This document shows positions 58,982 to 64,000 of a DNA stretch of 64,000 nucleotides, piece after piece (within the stretch, counting starts at the first letter, position 1; each line of letters begins with the position of its first letter). Below the pieces are notes generated by a model that searched no databases, was not told the DNA's origin, and was given only the letters and a program-made list of their open reading frames with translations. The DNA comes from Alphaproteobacteria bacterium (lineage in GTDB: Bacteria; Pseudomonadota; Alphaproteobacteria; M2410). The stretch is taken from the NCBI GenBank assembly GCA_030614785.1, contig JAUWTJ010000001.1:65180-129179 (forward strand). The letters are read 5' to 3'. The position numbers and the translations under genes are program-made.

Positions 58982-59947
58982 ATGCTCCATGCCCTGTCTC
59001 TCATCCTTGCCTCTTTCCTTGCGACCATTCGGGACATCCTGCCGATCATCCTGATCCTGGGATTCTTCCAGGTCTTTGTGTTGCGCCAGACAATCCCGAA
59101 CCTGAAAGGTGTCCTGACAGGTTTTCTGATGGTCATCGCAGGCCTGTCACTTTTCCTTGTCGGTCTTGAACACGCACTCTTTCCCCTTGGCGAGATGATG
59201 GCGACGCAGCTGACTGATCCCGCCTTTATTGCGCCGGAGGGAACAGGGGCAGAAGGGCTCAATTGGACTGACTACGGCTGGGTCTATATTTTTGCCGCCG
59301 CCATCGGGTTTTCAACCACCCTGGCCGAGCCCGCCCTCATCGCCGTTTCGATCAAGGCGCGTGATGTCTCCGGCGGCGCGCTTGATCCCATGGGCCTGCG
59401 CCTTGCAGTTGCCCTGGGCGTCTCTTTCAGCGTCGCTCTCGGCGCTTTCCGCATTATCACCGGCACGCCGCTAGCCCTTTATATGGTCTTCGGCTATCTG
59501 ATCGTCATCATCCAGACTGTCTTTGCCTCAAAGACCATTGTCCCGCTGGCCTATGATTCAGGCGGCGTGACCACCTCCACTGTAACCGTACCGCTGGTAA
59601 CCGCGCTCGGCCTCGGGCTCGCAACCACCGTACCGGGGCGCAGCCCGCTGCTTGACGGCTTCGGGCTCATAGCCCTCGCCAGCCTGTTCCCAATGATCAC
59701 CGTAATGGGCTATGCTAAACTGGCAGAAAAAAAGACCCTCGAAAGAATGAGCGGCTTTGTTTCTGCCCTTCTCAACAAGGACCAAGACAATGAAGTTCAA
59801 ACTGATCATGGCGCTGATCTCGGACGAGAAGACGAACGAGGTTTGCAAAGCCGCGAGGACCCTGGGCGCGACGGGGAGCACAGTCATAAACTCGGCGCGC
59901 GGCGAGGGACTGAACCCGGCGAAGACCTGTCTGGGCCTGACGCTTGA
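58982..59947 (+). CDS. DUF1538 membrane protein (second paralog; C-terminus overlaps the PII gene)
   Basis: Same motifs as the upstream paralog. Confidence 0.85.
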   Translation: MLHALSLILASFLATIRDILPIILILGFFQVFVLRQTIPNLKGVLTGFLMVIAGLSLFLVGLEHALFPLGEMMATQLTDPAFIAPEGTGAEGLNWTDYGWVYIFAAAIGFSTTLAEPALIAVSIKARDVSGGALDPMGLRLAVALGVSFSVALGAFRIITGTPLALYMVFGYLIVIIQTVFASKTIVPLAYDSGGVTTSTVTVPLVTALGLGLATTVPGRSPLLDGFGLIALASLFPMITVMGYAKLAEKKTLERMSGFVSALLNKDQDNEVQTDHGADLGREDERGLQSREDPGRDGEHSHKLGARRGTEPGEDLSGPDA

Positions 59948-60140
59948 GGGGCAGGTTGACGTGGCGATCTTTCTCGTCGAGGAGCATCTGGCGCGCACCA
60001 TTCTTGAAGGCATCAGTGAGGCCGGCGGATTTGACAAAAAGCCGGGCAGCGGCATCGCCTTTCAAATGGATATTGAGGACGCCATGGGTTTGACGTCACA
60101 AATTGGAGCCATCAAGGAAGAAATTGAGGATCAGCTATAA
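59790..60140 (+). CDS. PII-like signal transduction protein
   Basis: GATGST...ARGEG; PG.GIAF. Confidence 0.85.
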   Translation: MKFKLIMALISDEKTNEVCKAARTLGATGSTVINSARGEGLNPAKTCLGLTLEGQVDVAIFLVEEHLARTILEGISEAGGFDKKPGSGIAFQMDIEDAMGLTSQIGAIKEEIEDQL

Positions 60141-60544
60141 TGGAACGCATATACATACCCGTCCGCGACGTCATGACCCCGCAAACCGAACTCGTCAACG
60201 GCCTTGCCACCATGCGCGAGGCTGTGGCCTTGATGAAAAGCAAGGGCATTCATGCTCTCATCGTCGACAAGCGCGACGACACCGATGACTTTGGCCTCAT
60301 TACCGTCAATGAAATCGCAACCGAAGTTATCGAACCGAACCGATCATTGGATCGCACTTCTGTCTATGAATTCATGGTTAAACCAGCACTCTCGGTCCAT
60401 GTAGACAAGAACATTCGCTATGCAATCCGGATTTTATCCCGCTACGGAGAAACCCGCGCGATTGTAACCGAAAACGGTGTGGCCGTGGGATTCGTTACTC
60501 TGGCGGACATGGTGTTTCATTATCTTGATGCGCAGGGCGCATAA
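60140..60544 (+). CDS. CBS domain protein
   Basis: VRDVMT, FGLIT, VYEFMVKP; TAATG coupling. Confidence 0.88.
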   Translation: MERIYIPVRDVMTPQTELVNGLATMREAVALMKSKGIHALIVDKRDDTDDFGLITVNEIATEVIEPNRSLDRTSVYEFMVKPALSVHVDKNIRYAIRILSRYGETRAIVTENGVAVGFVTLADMVFHYLDAQGA

Positions 60545-60547
60545 ACC

Positions 60548-61855
60548 GTGACCGGAACTGAGGCAGGTGCCTTCGACGCGATCATTATCGGCGCCGGGGT
60601 GATAGGCTCATCGATTGCGTTCAGTCTTGCCAGAAGCGGCCTCAAAACCCTGAATGTAGACGCCCTGCCTGCGGCGGGCTATGGCTCCACGTCCCACTCC
60701 TCCGCCATTATTCGCCCGTTCTATTCTCATGTCGAAGCCGCGAGTCTCGCCCATGAAGCGCGCCATCGCTGGCTCGGCTGGTCCGCCTTTCTCGGCGCGC
60801 CATCTGACGAGCCGCTCGCCACCTATACCGAGTGCGGCCTGCTCTCTCTCCTCACCGAAGAGGGCGACGACGCGGCGGCGGCCTGCGCAGCCATGACCAA
60901 AGCCGGTGTGCCATGGACGCGCCTTTCACCGCACGATCTTGAAACCCGTTTCCCCGGCATGTCGCTCAAGTCCTTCGCGCCGGTGAAACAACGAGACGAT
61001 GAGAGTTTTGGCATCGACAATGGCGGACGGGTCATTGGCGCGGTCCATGTGCCCGATGCCGGCTTCGTCAACGACCCTGCGCTGGCGGCACAAAATCTCA
61101 AGGCGGCGGCGGAGCGAGGCGGTGCCACATTCCGTTTCAATGCCAAAGTCGTCGGTATCCGCCAGGACAAAAATCGCGTCCTCGGCATCACGCTCGCCGA
61201 TGGCACAAAGATCAACGCGCCCGTCCTCATCAATGCAGCGGGCCCCCACTCCTCGGTCATCAACCAGCTTGCAGGTCAAACGGGTCTCCTGCCCATCGCC
61301 ACCAAAGCCATGCGTCACGAGGTCGTCTATCTGCCCTGGCCGCGCGCACTTGAGAGCACCAGCGCACGCACCATCATCACCGATCTCGATACCGGTGTCT
61401 ACACGAGGCCTGACGGCGCGGACATGCTTGTCGGCACCCTCGACCCGCCGTGCGATACGCCCGATGTTGTCGATCCTGATGATTATAACAACGGATTTAC
61501 CGATCACTGGACGACGCAGGCCTGGCGCGCCGGGCAGCGCTTCCCGGAGCTTGAAATTCCCGAACAGGCGCGCGGCACCATTGGTCTCTATGACGTGTCA
61601 GACGACTGGATCCCGATCTACGACAGATCGGAACTCGGCGGTTACTATCTTGCCATCGGGACAAGCGGCAACCAGTTCAAGAATGCGCCCATGGTCGGCG
61701 ATCTCATGACCCGGATCATTCTTGAATGTGAGGAAGGCCACGATCACGACACGGATCCCTTGACCCTCACCCTGCCGAAACTGCAACGCACGATCAGCCT
61801 CGCACACTATTCAAGGCTGCGCGACGTGCAAAAAACTGCAAATGTCCTTGCTTGA
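60548..61855 (+). CDS. FAD-dependent oxidoreductase (sarcosine oxidase/DAO-like)
   Basis: IIGAGVIG, NAAGP, GTSGNQFKNAP. Confidence 0.88.
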   Translation: MTGTEAGAFDAIIIGAGVIGSSIAFSLARSGLKTLNVDALPAAGYGSTSHSSAIIRPFYSHVEAASLAHEARHRWLGWSAFLGAPSDEPLATYTECGLLSLLTEEGDDAAAACAAMTKAGVPWTRLSPHDLETRFPGMSLKSFAPVKQRDDESFGIDNGGRVIGAVHVPDAGFVNDPALAAQNLKAAAERGGATFRFNAKVVGIRQDKNRVLGITLADGTKINAPVLINAAGPHSSVINQLAGQTGLLPIATKAMRHEVVYLPWPRALESTSARTIITDLDTGVYTRPDGADMLVGTLDPPCDTPDVVDPDDYNNGFTDHWTTQAWRAGQRFPELEIPEQARGTIGLYDVSDDWIPIYDRSELGGYYLAIGTSGNQFKNAPMVGDLMTRIILECEEGHDHDTDPLTLTLPKLQRTISLAHYSRLRDVQKTANVLA

Positions 61856-61865
61856 ATGGTCAGGC

Positions 61866-62144
61866 CTAGGCGCGGCCAAAGGCCATGCCGAGCAGGCTCA
61901 TCAGCATCCGGGCGACAATCACAAAGGTCAGAAAGACCATCTGGGGACCGTTGATCAGGAACCGCACCACATTCATGATCTGGGCATCAATATCGAAGTG
62001 ATAGATCCAGTCCGCAACCTTGTCCCCCCAATCAAACGCGATAAAGAGCCAATCAGGGAAATAGACCCCGAGCACCGCCAGTGCCATGGCCCCCAGGACT
62101 ACTGACAGGAACATGCTGGTTGAAACCCAAAGCAGATTGAGCAT
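61866..62144 (-). CDS. Small hypothetical membrane protein
   Basis: 92 aa, two hydrophobic helices, GGGGA RBS. Confidence 0.6.
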   Translation of the reverse strand: MLNLLWVSTSMFLSVVLGAMALAVLGVYFPDWLFIAFDWGDKVADWIYHFDIDAQIMNVVRFLINGPQMVFLTFVIVARMLMSLLGMAFGRA

Positions 62145-62400
62145 GATAAAATCCCCCGATTGAAATGCCGTTGCTGTTTACACACCTGCAGTCTAGCAGA
62201 TATTTTGCCTCTCGTCCAAAGTGCCGACCGGTCGATCAACACCCTGAAATGTCACGCTATTTGGCGACTGCGGCGAAACGAGGGCATGAACCCGTGATTT
62301 CCCTCACACAGTATCATGCGTCAATTGACAGTTCAGGCGCAGCCCGGTCTAATCCTGAAAAAACGATGCACCGCATCGCAGACTATCAGGGGAGAAAAAA

Positions 62401-62853
62401 ATGATCACATTGACTGTCAACGACGAGGAGCACAGCTATGACGGCGATCCTGCAATGCCGCTTCTGTGGTATCTGCGCGACACCCTGGAGCTGACAGGCT
62501 CCAAATATGGTTGCGGAACCGGCCTGTGCGGCGCTTGCACCGTGCATCTGGAGGGCGAGGCCGTGCGCTCGTGCATAACAACCGTCCAGGAAGCCGCAGG
62601 CAAGAGTGTGACCACCATCGAAGGGCTCAGCGAGGCGGGTGATCATCCGCTGCAGGAAGCCTGGTCAGAAGCCAATGTCCCCCAGTGCGGCTATTGTCAG
62701 GCGGGCCAGATCATGCAAGCCGCCTCGCTGCTCAAGACAACCCCTCGCCCCTCCGACGACGAGATCGATGAAGCCATGGAAGGCAACATCTGTCGCTGCG
62801 GCACCTACCAGCGGATCCGCAAGGCGATCCACATCGCCGCGGGAGACAAGTGA
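62401..62853 (+). CDS. (2Fe-2S) subunit, isoquinoline 1-oxidoreductase alpha-like
   Basis: [23 protein letters not shown]. Confidence 0.92.
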   Translation: MITLTVNDEEHSYDGDPAMPLLWYLRDTLELTGSKYGCGTGLCGACTVHLEGEAVRSCITTVQEAAGKSVTTIEGLSEAGDHPLQEAWSEANVPQCGYCQAGQIMQAASLLKTTPRPSDDEIDEAMEGNICRCGTYQRIRKAIHIAAGDK

Positions 62854-62854
62854 T

Positions 62855-64000
62855 ATGACGAATATTCAAAATTTCAGCCACACTGTAAGTCGGCGCAATT
62901 TGCTCAGGGGCATGGCCGGGTCAGGCGCTTTCGTTCTCGGCGTGAACGTCTCGGGCGGCCTCTCTCTCCCCAAAGCTCTGGGTGCCATTGATGCCAGCAA
63001 AAACCTTGAGCCCAACGTCTGGCTGTCAATCGCCACGTCGGGCGACGTGACCATTGTCGCCAGCCGCTCCGAAATGGGTCAGGGCGTGCGCACCTCCCTG
63101 CCAACGGTTCTGGCAGACGAGCTGGAAGCCGACTGGTCCCGCGTGAAAATCGAGCAGGCTCTCGGCGACGCAAAATATGGCGATCAGGACACGGATGGAT
63201 CCAGAAGTATTCGGCAATTCTATCAAAAGATGCGAGAGGCAGGCGCAACCGCCCGCACCATGCTGGAACAGGCCGCCGCCGAGGTGTGGCACGTTGATGT
63301 CTCAAAAGTCTACGCAAGAAACCATCAGGTCCGGCAGAAAGGTTCTGGAAGACGCCTCTCCTTTGGCGAACTGGCCTCGATTGCCGCAAAACAGGACGTT
63401 CCGGCACTCGAAACACTGAGGCTGAAAGACGCCAAAGACTTCCGCTATATCGGCAAGGATCAAAAGATCGTCGATATGGGCGACATCACCAGCGGCAAGG
63501 CAACTTATGGCGCCGATGTCCGTCTGCCCGGCATGAAATTCGCCGTCATCGCACGCTCACCTGTCTATGGCGGCAAGGTCAAAAGCTACGATGCTTCGGC
63601 AGCCCTCGCCGTCGCCGGTGTTGAAAAAGTGGTCGAGCTTCCCGCTGCCAGTGTCCCGGCCGCGTTCAATCCACTTGGCGGCATCGCAATTGTTGCCTCC
63701 AACACCTGGGCCGCCATTGAGGGGCGCAGCAAGCTTTCCATCGAGTGGGAAGACGGCGCCAATAAGTCGTACAATTCAGACACCTATAAAGCCGCGCTTG
63801 TAGAAGGCACCAAATCGAAAGCCCGTCAGGTCCGCCGCGAAGGTGATTTCAACACCGCCATAGCGGAGGCGGCAACAAGGATCAGCGCAGATTATTATTC
63901 GCCGCACCTGATCCACGCGCCCATGGAGCCACCCTGCGCAATTGCTGATGTGAAGGCTGACAGTTGCGAGATTTGGGCCGCAACCCAGAACCCGCAGCTG
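62855..64000 (+). CDS. Molybdopterin-binding subunit, isoquinoline 1-oxidoreductase beta-like (partial; missing from the ORF track because it runs off the window)
   Basis: ATG 62855 MTNIQNFSHTVSRRNLL (Tat); RSEMGQG, TDGSRS, HAPMEP. Confidence 0.9.
   Translation, partial: MTNIQNFSHTVSRRNLLRGMAGSGAFVLGVNVSGGLSLPKALGAIDASKNLEPNVWLSIATSGDVTIVASRSEMGQGVRTSLPTVLADELEADWSRVKIEQALGDAKYGDQDTDGSRSIRQFYQKMREAGATARTMLEQAAAEVWHVDVSKVYARNHQVRQKGSGRRLSFGELASIAAKQDVPALETLRLKDAKDFRYIGKDQKIVDMGDITSGKATYGADVRLPGMKFAVIARSPVYGGKVKSYDASAALAVAGVEKVVELPAASVPAAFNPLGGIAIVASNTWAAIEGRSKLSIEWEDGANKSYNSDTYKAALVEGTKSKARQVRREGDFNTAIAEAATRISADYYSPHLIHAPMEPPCAIADVKADSCEIWAATQNPQL

Noticed and set aside
1-64000. CRISPR arrays, transposases, integrases, rRNA
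   Set aside because: None seen in the window

Overview
Alphaproteobacterial chromosomal window; the G-1-less, A73 tRNA-His, the CtrA boxes, a Cle-type regulator and a PdhS/DivJ-like kinase support this assignment. Positions 1-17 kb, downstream of tRNA-His, hold a minus-strand signalling block. It comprises a single-domain globin and a STAS-cheY-cheA-cheW-MCP(3x Aer2-type PAS)-cheR-cheD-cheB operon. That operon continues into a soluble MCP with a CheZ-like motif, a partner-switching module (STAS, REC-PP2C, REC-like/HATPase), a MASE3-PAS hybrid kinase and a frameshifted regulator. The rest is mostly metabolic and envelope genes: AsmA, GGT, NhaC, CYP153, S9 peptidase, amidase, Cys-less thiolase plus DUF35, DUF1538-PII-CBS and iorAB-like genes. 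Four observations stand out: (i) a tandem duplication of a flavohaemoglobin-type globin, one copy fused to only the tip of a chemoreceptor, each copy with a perfect CtrA box; (ii) an AT-rich stand-alone nucleosidase fused to a degenerate STAND-like region, a probable defence gene; (iii) a compact, probably pseudoknotted RNA leader upstream of a small protein of unknown function; (iv) several pseudo-enzymes and recent gene lesions. All assignments come from reading motifs by eye; no searches were run.
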